Under the pieces are notes generated by a model. It had not been told where the DNA came from and searched no databases. It saw only the letters and a list, made by a program, of their open reading frames with translations. From positions 1,041,173-1,105,172 of the forward strand of contig JAQGDQ010000007.1 in NCBI GenBank assembly GCA_030141605.1: a stretch of 64,000 nt of DNA, given 5' to 3'. The first letter of the stretch is position 1, and each line of letters opens with the position of its first letter. The DNA is from Tubiluchus corallicola. Taxonomy: Eukaryota > Animalia > Priapulida. Of the stretch, positions 36,304 through 49,805 are shown one piece after another. The translations under genes and the position numbers were made by a program.

Positions 36304-39300
36304 AGCAGCGTTAAGAATTTGTTAGCTTTAAAATAACAATATTCTTACCAATAGAGTGTATTAAGTAATACATTTTTTACCAAAAAATGCTGCGTTTAAC
36401 AACATTTTTAATTGTCAACATCAAAATGTGTCAGATAACTGTAAAAACAAAATTTTCACTAACAAAGTATTACAATTAACAATGTTCTTTACCTGTTAAA
36501 AATATCATTAATAAACACTTTGTGCAGAACAAACAGTAGATACTGCATTAATTGACAGTGAGACGCTGTTCTCAATTGACAAAGTAGAAAAGCCTTATGA
36601 ATTTACTGGCCAGGGAAACATTTCAACGGTAAAACTGATAATAATACCATCATCCACATGTAGTTAATACAATTAATTAACATTTGTCCCAGTGGCTTTC
36701 GGCATTAAATATAGTTAGTTTTTGAGAAAAAATGATAAAAAATTGTTACTAAAAGGCATTTATTTTTTAATATATTTATTACATTAAGCAAGACTAGGTA
36801 GCTGAGATAGTCATTTGTCTTATATTGTTTACATAGAATTTTTGGCATATCTCAGCTGGTTAGCTGACTCATATTTCACAGGGTGCCTAATTTAGCGTTT
36901 ATTTCACCTTGTTCATATTTATGCAGGTGGTACGTGGCTGGTTGCGTTTATTTTTAGCACAACCTTCAGTGCAGACTGCCAAACGATGTAAAAACAATAA
37001 TGCTTGTTAAAATTTTGACCGCAGAAACAACTATTTGGAAATAGCGGCAATCATCTTGGTTATTAGGTTTCGATCTGTCTAAACCAATAAGTCTAATATG
37101 ACAAAAAGATATCTGGCAGTGTCGCCGCCAACTCGATCCGCTAAATGTTTTCCAGAAATATAAGTGTACGACAGTCGATGCCAAACGAAAATTGATCTAG
37201 AAATTGTCTGAACGCCGTTTTCGGTCAACACTACAGCGAGTTTTGAATGGAAATGATGCAGAGGCGGCATTTATCACTCACTTGAGACAAAGCGATTCCA
37301 AGAATATAAAACTTAATGTGCATAAGGAACATTCGAAATAAGTTTTCATCTATTAGTCACTGGCAGCTTTGTGCGAACGTCTACCCAAGAGATAAGCTAT
37401 ATACTTATATAGATGCACTCTGTAGGTTTTAAATTGTTATTAATATGTTTGTGTGTCGGGATAAACCCACATGCTTACAAAATTTTTGAAACTAAGCAAG
37501 AAAGAAAAAGTGTGAAAATTCGAGACTGAAACTGTACTTGAATTAGGGATTTTCCGATTACAAGTTCAAGTACCAAAATTGAAGAGTAGTTTACTTTCGC
37601 ATGTAATAAGGTGAGAGAAATAATTTTGTGTCTTTGGCTCGAAGGTCTAACAGTATCTGCAGTATCCTCGGCTGCAGATAAAGAAAACTTGTCGGTAGAT
37701 GTAGAAAAATGCGGTATCCAGGAAACCACATGATGTGCTACATGGTTTTCATACAGCAGTTGAGGTTTGCCCGCACTTCGAACAAACTTTGTTCGGCGTT
37801 TTTGAGCAACATTCAGTGTATCTCTAGTAAAAGCAGGTACCTGTTGCGAAGTAGCTAAAACTCTTAACTCTGAAGACGAAAAAATCTTTAGCGCAGACTC
37901 AACGGTGCCGTACTGAAATACTGAACGTCAGAATATCGTGGTAAGACTGCAGGACCAGATTTGTGGGAAAATCTTTGAACTGCAACCCTCCGTACTGGCC
38001 ACCAGTGAATTGTCGGCGATGGAGTTGAGAAATTGTCAGGAACATGCAGAATAATAGACTTAAAAAGTGTCAGAATGTTCTTCTAGCATCTTCCTTGCCA
38101 GTGGAAATGCACCAGTGAATCGAGCACGGAACTGTTGCCTCCCTGCCTACTTGTAGATGCCAGTATACAATGGCTCCCTAATGGATGGAACCATTCCAAT
38201 GTACGAGTGTGAAAAAATGGCATTTCACTTAAAATACTTCACGTGGATATATGTCAACGAATTTTGCGTCGATTGACGAAGTCGGATTTTTGATCCGCCA
38301 TTTTGAATTCAAGATGTCGGCAAATAACATCATTTTCGAAAAAAGCATAAGGCTCCGCTAGTTCGCGACGGATCGTCATGAGACTTTATGCGAATATGTT
38401 AGAAGAAAGTCCGGGTTGACCCATGAAATTTTTGACCTGCCGTCTTGAATTCAGTGAGTCACCGGCTACAATAAATCGAGTCGAACTTGATCTTTCGCAA
38501 ATCGTGTTGTATTTACTGTATCCGAAGAAACTGTATCAGCGTTATTCAGTAAAGTTGCGGGTTTTGTTTAATTGTTTGTTTGTTTAATTCTCTGATATAT
38601 GTTCTTGTTGTTGCTCCAGAAAATTTGTCTTATAGTGCCATTAATGAGATTAAGAAAGCATATTTAAACGAAGTGGCCTATAATGGGATTAAAAGGTAGC
38701 TTAACAGATTAGTAACGGACCTTACTTGTATCTGACTTGTATTGCTTGCCTTTACAGCAAAAGTTTTATATAAAAAATCTGGATGTTTAGTTAAATTCAA
38801 CGATGAAATAACAATAATTTTCTTACACAAACTCAGTAAACTGATGCCCAACATTATAATAACTGGTTTCTTCAGTAACTGGTAACTGAGAGTCGGTGGG
38901 TAGTATTTTGCTCAGTTCGTTAGGAGCGGGACAGGGATCCAACTCAATCCTTACTTAATGTAGATGGCTGTGACTGGGCTGGGATTTGGATCACTATCAA
39001 GGATCATCCCCTAAGGTGAGACATTGAACCAGTAGATGAATTTGAATCACGTTCGGATGCGGGTACATCCTACGTCAATGACGCAATAGGCAGTTGAAGT
39101 CATTCAGAAGCAAGTTTTTTGGCTTTCATGCATCCATTTACTGGTGTGGTTCATTGTTGCCTAACCTTCATTACAAAACAGAAAACAAACTGTTATTTTG
39201 TCTTATAAGTAAGCTAGCTGTTCAGTTTGAGTAACCCTTGTAAGATGTCTATCTTGTAAATTGCCTATTCAATGTCAAGGATTTTCAAATAATGATAGAA

Positions 39301-40852
39301 ATAAAAATAATAAAATTACTCAACCTGAGTGATTTCGTTTGCCTGATGTACATGTACAGGCGCTTTCTTTTTATTTGGGGTAACAGTGGTTATTCTCGGA
39401 GAATCCTCAGTTGAAAAATGAATCTTATATTGTGGTATAATTATGTTACGCTTTGGAGCTGATATTCTTTTCCAAAAGAAGCAGAGGCCTTCATTCGTAC
39501 ATTGTAATGCTCCATGTCTATTAAAGAGTCATTATTTAAACGGTAGAGCCATTTAGACGGACACATAATTTGATTGTGCAGTGTTATCTCTATCAATATG
39601 CGTAGCACGATACCGTCCACAGTAGCCTTTGCGTTGAGTACAATTCCTAATCTATACTACATTTCTAGTGAACTTCGACAGAAAAGTTTCCCTCGGATTA
39701 CTGCACTGGGCTCACTGTGCATTACTATGCGTGACAGTGCCGGTTAATTAAAGATTATTAATCAAATATTAGCTAATATCTGACAGAGGCTTAACTTAAA
39801 CGATGAAAGAGTGTGGTTTTCAATGTTGTCATAATCAAGTCATTTGCGATCGAAGAATTTTGCGTGCGCGTATGTCAACATGTGTTTGCTTACACATAGA
39901 CCATTGCTCTAGTTGGTCTAGTCTGTGGTTTCTTTGTTTCACGTTGTGTTGACATTGCTCTTTGGAGTTTTTCGACGCTGATGACATACCACAGGAGGAA
40001 TCAATGCATCAATGCCTGTGTTGACTACTGGGGGGAACAAGAAGCCAAGATAGAAACCAAACAACTTTACACTGCGTTCGAGAACGCCAGGAAGTTGATT
40101 GTGTGCAGTGCGGAATTTAATTTCCGCAAAATGTGTGAAAACGCTCGTATAATAGTCATTTGAGCACTGCATTTCTGCAAACACGGAGGCAAATATATGT
40201 AGGTTTGATTTGCAAATTACGAGCCTGGAATTTTTAAGCTATAGTGACTGTTTAAAGGTGAATAATACATTTCGTAATATGTTATCATAAAGGCTGTCCT
40301 TATTTTGACATCGTTTTAGACTACAATTTCGTGAAATGTAAGTAGCACGTCATTTGTAAGCACTTTGACACATGATAAATGAATAAACGAAGTCTAATTA
40401 TAACATACTTCACACATGCTATTACAGTATTGTCATTAGCGACAATTGATTCAAATTAGTGCACCTAACTCCTGCAGTGGCATTTCTGACGCACTTTGAA
40501 GATTTCTTTCCAGTGAAACCAAACTTCGTAAGTACGCATCTGTTTGACGATTCAGTGTGCTTACAACTGAGCGCAGACAATTGAATAAAATAAACCTGAG
40601 AAGGTTTCTCGTGGCAAGCTTAACAATTTAGTTCTCAATCGATGCCCAAAGCAGCGCATTAGAGATGGACGGGGCTTCTACTGTGAATGAACAATGAACA
40701 AACCTAAAAATAGAAAACAACGCTTTCGCTTAAACGTTTATGTATGGACTGGGAAAAGGTGGTGTTCTGTGATGGTTTATTAATTACATTCTCAATATGA
40801 AGAAGTAAAAACAGCTCTGTCAAGTCGTTTGTTTGCTGGCCAAAACAGTCTT

Positions 40853-40937
40853 ATGAAGGCGTTGGATTTGTACAACGGGTTCAGAGCCGTCTATCGTTTT
40901 CTACTGCGACTGCTGCTGACGGCAGTAGTGCTCAGAA
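40853..40937 (+). CDS. GDNF-receptor-alpha/GAS1-like protein, exon 1 (signal peptide)
   Basis: ATG at 40853. MKALDLYNGFRAVYRFLLRLLLTAVVLR plus A|gtaagt, a consensus phase-1 donor. It joins the phase-1 acceptor at 58315 to give ...VVLRSAHNVTGEPLDC. The link across 17 kb is inferred. Confidence 0.7.
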
Positions 40938-42514
40938 GTAAGTGTGTATATTCAAAATTTATTGTTATAATTAGCTTGAATCAGGTTGATTCAATAGAGG
41001 GAGAATGATACAATATGATACAATAGAGGGCGTATGTTGAACCATCTGCTAGTTCCTCTTGATTCATTTAAGATGGACTATCCTTGATAATGAGGTAGGT
41101 TCTATATACCGTATTAGTATAGTAATGTTATTGTCCAAAACATTAATAAAATATATTTAATGTTTTAATGAATAATAAAACAAACCCATCGCAACGTCAA
41201 CAGCATATAATTTACGTGTATTAAGCAGTTGTAGTCGTTCAATTCTGGATTTTTGCTTGCAATATCTGCGTAAAAAATTAAATAAAGTGAAATTGACGTA
41301 TTGTACAGCAAATTCCTCTTTCTTGCAAACTGCAGTAATTAACAAGAAAAATAGACAGGTATTTCAAGAAAGAACGCCTTATAACAAGTATGATGGCGTT
41401 AAAGTTAAGAACATAGTGGGACTCCTTTGTACCACTGTATATGTTTATCGTACAAGAGACCCAAAAAGGCGTAACAAGGTCTTTTTAATGCTACTCCAAG
41501 ACAGTCTAAATTGAGCTATGTAGGGAAAATATGGCCGGGAGAGAAACTTAGTCAGAAAGCAAAAGTAAAAAAAATAGATAAAAACCAAATAAGTAAATTG
41601 ATAAATACTCCATTTGCATGTATGAATGGGTAACTGGGTAGATTAAAGAATAAATTGATGAAGGAGCACATGAACAAATGGATGGATGAAAGGATGAATG
41701 AACGAATGAATGAATGAATGAATGAATAGATGGTTAAGCAAATAAATAAACAAATTGTTGTTTTACAGCCAAAGATAAAATTTCTGTAGCATGGAAAAAG
41801 GAATGAAGTCATTTTAGTATCTATTTGGAACATTAGCATTTTCCCAGATATTTTCCCTTTCCGTCGGTTATGGCATTACATCACCAAGTAGTCTGTTTTT
41901 GTAATGCGCTAATTCCTTTTTTATGACAAAAAAATAATGCATGTAGTTTGAGTGCTAAAACTTTTGTATTCAGTTTGTGTGATTCATTTGTGCGAAATTG
42001 TATTTAAGTAATATCTATTATCTGTCCGTAACAATGCATGTTAATCATTCCTTTTGTTTTAGTATTCATCTTCCCTAGCCTATGTAAACATATTTAGAAT
42101 AAAATTTAAAAAACATGTCTAAAATGGGTAATGAGCGTTCAACGTGAATGGAAAATTATTTTATTTTAATGAGATTTACGATATCAAACGCAAAATTGGC
42201 GTTTGAAAGAATCATAATTTAAGTATCACTGTAATCAAATTGCACATTGATTGATTCCAGCATCAAACTACTGAAGCTGCTGACGAGGTGTTAACAGACA
42301 TTTAACTGCTATTTAGACACGTTCCTGTAGAACGTTGGATCAGATCAGTTTGATTCAGTCTCAACGCACATGCATTGCAAGTGAAGAAATGTTGGACCAG
42401 TATACCACACTTAACCGCAGGTGCCTTAACAATATGATGGAATCACTTGTAAAAATCTTCCAATGCCGTATAAGTTTTAATATTCAAAAGTTGAAAGTAC
42501 CTCATCTCATCTCA

Positions 42515-42790
42515 CGTACCCTACTTCGTGCCAAGTGGCACGTATAAGGCCTCGCCGACCGTCCTCAACCGCGCCCTGTCGGGCTGTATGATCCGAAAAC
42601 ACTCGAAGACGTTGTAGTGTCTGTAAATGTCTGTGGTTTCCGTAATCAATTGATTTTTACAGTATTTTACTGATTAGCCGAATGCCCAAACTCTGCAACC
42701 TGAGACAAGGTGGTTTTCTACCTGCATTGATATGCAATCAGTGTCCTACTCATAGCCCCAGTCCGTGTGATTCCTGTGACTCCTCTTGTG
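42515..42790 (-). mobile_element. Short internally deleted RTE-like element
   Basis: The minus strand of 42520-42595 reads QPDRARLRTVGEALYVPLGTK*, like an RTE ORF end, next to a palindrome gtgccaagtggcac. 42635-42720 (ggtttccgtaatc...ttagccgaatgcccaaactctgcaacctg) resembles the reverse complement of an RTE 5' region. Confidence 0.45.
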
Positions 42791-44904
42791 TATATAGTCG
42801 TACTTAAAAATTAATAAGTGGTAATTTGAGTTTCATTTTAACGCAAGCCTTATGAATGGCATCCATTTTTATTGACCCATATCTAGCATTGTTATCTTCC
42901 ACGCCCGCATGCTAAAAATCCGAGGCGGTATTCAATGAAGCCATCACGTATAGTACGGCGGCCAATAATTTGTAAAATGACAAACCAGACGGAAAGCAAC
43001 TAATCAGCAAATTCGATAGAGAAAATGACGCTACTTTTCGTGAACCGGAAGCGGTTTCGCAATCGGGAAAATCAGCGGAAATTTATCCATGAAAATGTTG
43101 TACATTCCTTCGGTGGGTAATAGTAATCGATCCAGTAACATTTTCTTCAGTATTTATGTTACTTAGAAAATTGTTGTTTGCATAATTATAAGAACGTCAT
43201 TAGTAGTGTTTAAAAGTGCATATAAATTCAATTCAAAATAATTCAATTCTATAATTTTGTCGCAAACGAAATTAATTGAAAGTACACTACTGATGCACTT
43301 CGTGAGTCGAACTAGTTTATTATCGCACTTTGCTTCCTTGTAGCTAACGTAACAAAGTTTTCTGAGAAAGCAAACGTTTCAAAAGCTTCGGTGTTTGGTG
43401 ATTTAATATCTAAGAGTTGGTTTAAAACGTCAGTCTTCGCAGCTTTTTCATAAGATGTTGGTACAGTCCGTGTAAAGAGTAATTTTGTCGAGATTGCTTG
43501 CCTGTGTGCCAGTTTGAATGTTTAACACTTTACATGTGGACATTTACATTGACGCAACCATTCCAATACGAAACTGGATGAAAGGAACGTGGACAAATTC
43601 TAAGGATGATTTTGCAAAAGCTGGTACAAGCAAATCATTTGTGCCGTTTGTTTATAGTAACTATTTGCCGAAATTACTTTTGCCACATAAAAAATATATA
43701 ATTTAGTGGTGTTATTGAAAGGTGGTAAGGGATATAAAGGGGCGTAGCAAGACTTTACGACATCCCAGGGTGATACTTCTGTCCCGCCCATTTCTGAACA
43801 GATTAAACAATTGCTTGTGGTGTATTAGAAACACTATTAACCTGGTCTCTACGTGGTCAGTATTAATTACATGCATTTGCGTATAGATTCTATTTAAGCG
43901 GAGTGCGCAACAGCTTGTTGTGTAATAATACCTTGCACCTGTTCGTTATGTTGCATTTATATAAAACGGCGCTCAATAACTGCCTGTGGTGTGTTATGAA
44001 ACTTTACGTGAATATGAAAGTATACACATTTTCCAAGGAGAATAAGATTTTTTTCTAAAATGTGACGCCCCTCAAATTTTGGCGCCCTAGTTAACCTATT
44101 GGTTAATACGCCTCTGGGGATATAATGTTACCGCTGCCAGCACATGCGAACAGAACTTCAGAACTATTATATGGTTACATGCAAGATCAATTGGTGGTAA
44201 TACCATTCTCTTATCATCTTCTATTTAGCCGTTAATTGCCAATAGTCTAAACACGTATTACGGTTTTTCTCAAATTTTCCCACTAGTATCTATGCGACAC
44301 TAGAGCAAAGTCAACGGTCAGAAGCTATAATAACCTCAGCTCCCTTTTTGCAAAACTTCCCCCTAATGACATTGCCGCCCGTTATGACTCGTTAAGGAAA
44401 AAAATCCGCTATACTGCCCTTGCTGAGGCCAATTTTCCTAAGAGCAATGTGGGAAGCCATTGATATATTATCTGAACAGTTAGTCATAAAGCCATAATAT
44501 TCTCGCTAAAATCAACAAAATGCAGGTCACGAATGTGGTGGGTAATTTGTGCATGGCACGAATAAGCATTTACCGTATAAGCTTTCTGTATAGATATGAC
44601 TGTCATCTGTAGCGTTGTCAATAGAGCCTAGAGCCTATTTGGAATTGCATTTCAAATTAAAATTATTAACTATATTGAAAGAATGCCTTTGCAATTACAG
44701 AGTAAAAACCTGTATTATGCGAAGCACTAAAAATCGCTGCAATTGCTGGTTTTGTTCATTTCAGTTATTTACTAAACTAGTTCGGAATGCGAAGCATTGC
44801 GTTACTTGGTTATTTTGGTTTTTCTGCCCAATTGCCAGGATATGTCGCTTGAAAACATCATTTACCGTTCCCATAGATTCATTTTCACTTTATGATTTAT
44901 GTTA

Positions 44905-44989
44905 TTTATCTCTTCTTATCTCCCCCTCTTCGATTCCCTTCCTCGCTTCCTCTCTCCGTCCCTCCCTTTCTCGTTTCTCGCTCTCTCTT

Positions 44990-45066
<77 letters not shown>

Positions 45067-45220
45067 ACTCTCTGTCTTACCTGTGTTTCTCTCCGCCTTT
45101 CCTCTGTCTTTTTCTCTCTATTCCATGCCTTTCTCTCCCCCTCTCTCTTTCTCTCTCTCGTCTTTCTCTTCTAACTCTTTTTTTCTTCCTATGTTTCTCT
45201 TAGCCCCTTTCTTTCTCGTT
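44905..45220. repeat. (TC)n microsatellite with degenerate pyrimidine-rich flanks
   Basis: Direct read; the pure core is about 44990-45065. Confidence 0.95.
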
Positions 45221-48200
45221 CTAGTCGTTACCTGTTTAACTTTGCCCGTGAAATTCATTATTAAACTATTAAAAATATCTGCGTGTAATTAAAACGTAGT
45301 ATTGCGTCGTTGTTGGCTGATCTGCGTAAACAATTTTTCGTACTGAACAATAGTTAACCGCCGAAAAATCGGTAATATCTCCGATGAAAATAAATTTTTC
45401 AAAAAAAAACACGAATGCCTATTGGCCAAGCTCCAGGGCGTGACGATGAAGATGATATAGAACTCGAATGAAGTGACGGTAATAAGCTAGCTGTAAACAG
45501 ATTATAGACACCCATTGTATTTACAGTTGTCATGAAATACAAATTTGCGAAAACATAAACGTGGAGAACAACGCTGCAAACTGAAAGGTTCTGCAGAGTT
45601 TTCGAAAGCGAGCTCTCAAAAAAAGAGGAGAAATATATCGTCTAATTCGAAATTCGATAAGTCTCAATCACCAATTTGTTTTTTGATACCAAGGCAGTCT
45701 TATTCATGAAATTTGTACACTGCAAAATCTTACGAGTGGGGTGAATTAAGACACAGTTACAGTGATGTGATTACTAATCCAACAATGTGATGCGACAGTT
45801 GCTGTATAGGAAAACGTGTGCAAGTGCCTTAGGGCTCACAAGCATTCAAAGAGCCTATGTTTCGTGAAATTTTTTCAAACTTCCTGACAATTTCAGCAGA
45901 GTAGTTCCACCATGCTTGCAATTCTATATGTAAGGTTAAGCACTGTCAATGGTTTCTTGCTAACACTTTACCGGGAATCGCAGTGCGACCCAAGAGCCTC
46001 GTAACCTTAGTAACATCCATAATATACACGCTTCTAGCAAAATTGAATTTATGACATTTGCGTAGGCTACTACTCTCCAAATATTTATTTAATTAGATTT
46101 CCTAACTTGGTACTATTCTGGCCATGTGGAAAAGTTATTTACTATGCATGATTGTGTCATCTCTGTGAATCCTATAATCTTTTTCTGTTAAATTTTGTGA
46201 AAAAATAATTGAAATTATCTTGTGTTTATTTTTTTTTGACTTTTGAAAGAAAATAAAACACTTTTCGTAAATTCTAACTGTAATAAAAGTAAAAATGGTT
46301 ACTAAAAATTTTAATTTGGTGAATAAGGTTTTACTATGCTCATTTGTTTGCTTGGTTGCGTGTATGTATGTATGTTTGTTTGTTTTTTGTCTTATTTGTC
46401 CGTTTAGTTATCTAGCTGTAGCTAGCTTGGCGTGCACACTCTGCCTGTCTATTTTTGTCTTTCTGTTTGTTTACTTGTTTATTTATTTGGTTTGTTGATT
46501 ATTTGTACTCATTATCAATTAAGGTTGATGAGTTGCCTGTTTCTTGGCTGGTTTGCTGTTTTTTGTGTTGGTAAGTTATCTGAATGGCTGACATTAAATT
46601 TTGGTTGCATAGCTTTGGATCGCTAATTATATACAGTGTTGACAGCTAATTGATATTAAAAATTTTGACGTGTGTTGCAAGCTCTGTTAACCATGATACG
46701 GTCGTCCATGTAAAGGGCTGCTTCTTACGTTTAACGACACAAAACCCAAAGAGAAATTGCCTCAGTTACTATATTCCCAAAAACGTACTGCGAATGATTC
46801 CTTTTGCGGAATTTATATCATTTTATAATTTTTTGTTTAAAGCAAGTCGCGAAATTCACAAGTATGGCGAACTTCAGTTTTTGAGTTGCAACATCTTGTT
46901 ATGCAGTTACTCTCCTCAAAACTAGTTTTGGGCACTTGTGGATTGTTGGTGGTATTTCCCTGACGAAACTATTATGTATCAAAATAGTCTTTTTTCAAAT
47001 TTTGTATGAATTAGTCTGCGCTCAAAATTTATCTGCAGTCAAACTCGCCTGTCTGTAAACCTGCTTCTACATCGAAAATACCCCCGCATGTGGTTTCCAA
47101 GCCTCAGCAATTATTAATATTTTCTTGGCTTTTTTAGTGCAGTTATGGTAAGTCCATGTATTTTGTTTCTATATAAGACACACAAGTCATTCACTTTTTA
47201 ATATTCTCTACTGAACACCATTCGAAATGGGGCTGTAGAATGGATGGTACGCTATGGGGATATAAATTTTGTATGTAACGCGCCTGTAATACCTAAAATA
47301 TGACGGGCTAACTTCTTGGCGTCCTTTTAGGCGTTCTTATCGTGTCCAACAGGCGCTAATGTCGGAGAGTAATAGCATAAGATTGATTTGCTGCCTATCT
47401 TCCGTCACCCTTGATGAATTAACTGTGCAAAAGTTGACTGTTGCGCATTGTGGACTCATCATGAGAGATAGAATCTAGCCTCGGCGCAATTAGATATTGA
47501 GTTATTACACAACAAGTTACTCGACATTCACTAATGGATTTCAAGATACAATGGAGGCGGAAAATTGAACGAAAATGAAGAATAAATATTAAAAAATGTT
47601 TATTTAATGTTGTGCGAATGAACAGACTATAATGAAAAAGGCTTAACTGTCAGTACGTTATGTCTAACTGAACGTGCTCCTAGATAATCTGTTTTCAGGA
47701 TTTTCTAAATAATCACAACATTAAAACATAATGCGGGCAATAGGAATTATTTTGTCAAACAGAATCCTGTGACGCATCATTAATCGAAGGGAAAAATAAT
47801 CACTATGAACACGAATTTCAATATTTCATTTTTTTGAATATGTATGACCACTTGCGTCCGGTATCAAAGGTTATTCTAGTAACGACTTACCTTGGTTAGA
47901 TTAGTCACAATTTTATCTAAAAACGGTTATATACATTGCGATTGGAAAAGTTATTAAAACATGGTGCTCATGGTGTCTTTATTTTTATTGAAGAGATTGT
48001 AAAGCACTAAGAAAAGGCAGAAATCATAGTTTTGTGACTTTTTGGAGTAAATTGGTATTCATATCTTACCGCCTTATTGGTATTTTCATTTCTTTGTTTT
48101 CCTTTTTTATTAATGTTGATATATTGTTCAGAATAAACTCACCATTTTATGCAATGTGTTTTACAAAAACATTCGTTTTTAGTTTTTTGATCGACACCGC

Positions 48201-48293
48201 ATCAGCACCATCTAATATTGAATCTAATCCCAATCATTTCAGTCATTAATTTTCAAAACCCATTTCTAACTCCATTTTCTGGCATAGTGCTAG

Positions 48294-48718
<425 letters not shown>

Positions 48719-49741
48719 CACGTTCCTTCAAGTATTAGTGGACATTACTGCAACATCATTGAAATTTTATTCGAGTTATTGCCAATTAAAAGTTGCTAAT
48801 CCAACAATCACAGTCGCAGATACATAAAAAATATGAAAGTAGGCGGCTAACACACTATCATCCCACTGTATGACATAAAATTTCATCCATGTCTCAATCT
48901 GTATTTACTGAGAAATTAATAGAAAAACCAAGGCTCGAGGGAAGTTGTGCTGATTTGAAAAAAAATTATTAGAAAGCTGCAGTAATAAAACTGTGATAAT
49001 GCCTTGTGTAATTAGTAAAATCAATTTAAAGTGGCAGCCATTTCACGCTTGAGCATTTTGAACGAAAGTGACGTCATCCTGATACTGTGCAGTATAAACA
49101 ATTCTCCCGCCAGGAGCTTGAGAAATCTTTCGTGCAGGTGCAGTTACAATTATCAATTTACAAACAATCCAGAACATTAAACTAGAGATTATTAACGCTG
49201 TTTCTTGCTTTTAGATGAATCTTGTCCAATATGTAATTAAAAAACACTTACTGACGAGAATATAGTAAGTTGGAACTTATTAGCCTTGGCAAAGTAACAG
49301 AATAATTTTTTAACAAGCTAGAACTCAACTATATAAACTAAGTAACTCGACGGGCTATATGCCTACTATATACTCCTAGAACTAGATGCTCACCTGCAAG
49401 TCAACAAAAATCTGTAAACAGTACTTACACATTTTAAGGTATAAACCTGTAAATTAGAGCTATGTAATCACATTAAGGTTGTTGTTAATTAATTCGATGA
49501 CTAATTTTTACATAAACAGTTAAACGATACTGCTAGAATAGAAGTTTTGTTACGCGTATCTTCACGGCGTTCACGTTGCATGTTCAGCATTCTCGCAGGG
49601 ATGTCGTTTGACCGAAGATAAAAATGATTTAAATTTTTTACTGTGTGCGGATATTGTACCGTAATTTCCATGTTTTTCATTGTACATTAAAATATAATGA
49701 CATTGTCGTTCGAAGGTTGGTTTTCCTAGCAAGGTCAAGAT

Positions 49742-49804
<63 letters not shown>

Positions 49805-49805
49805 T
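49742..49805. repeat. (ATC)n microsatellite
   Basis: Direct read. Confidence 0.97.

Noticed and set aside
37500-38200. Coding-like stretch with a possible THAP/transposase remnant
   Set aside because: Only a CPHF-like string is present and the frames are broken, so it cannot be supported without a search.
39981-40163. 60-aa Cys-containing ORF upstream of the receptor-like gene as an extra exon
   Set aside because: It lacks GDNF cysteine spacing and a fitting donor, and the exon at 40853 already supplies the ATG and signal peptide. It may be 5'UTR or promoter sequence.
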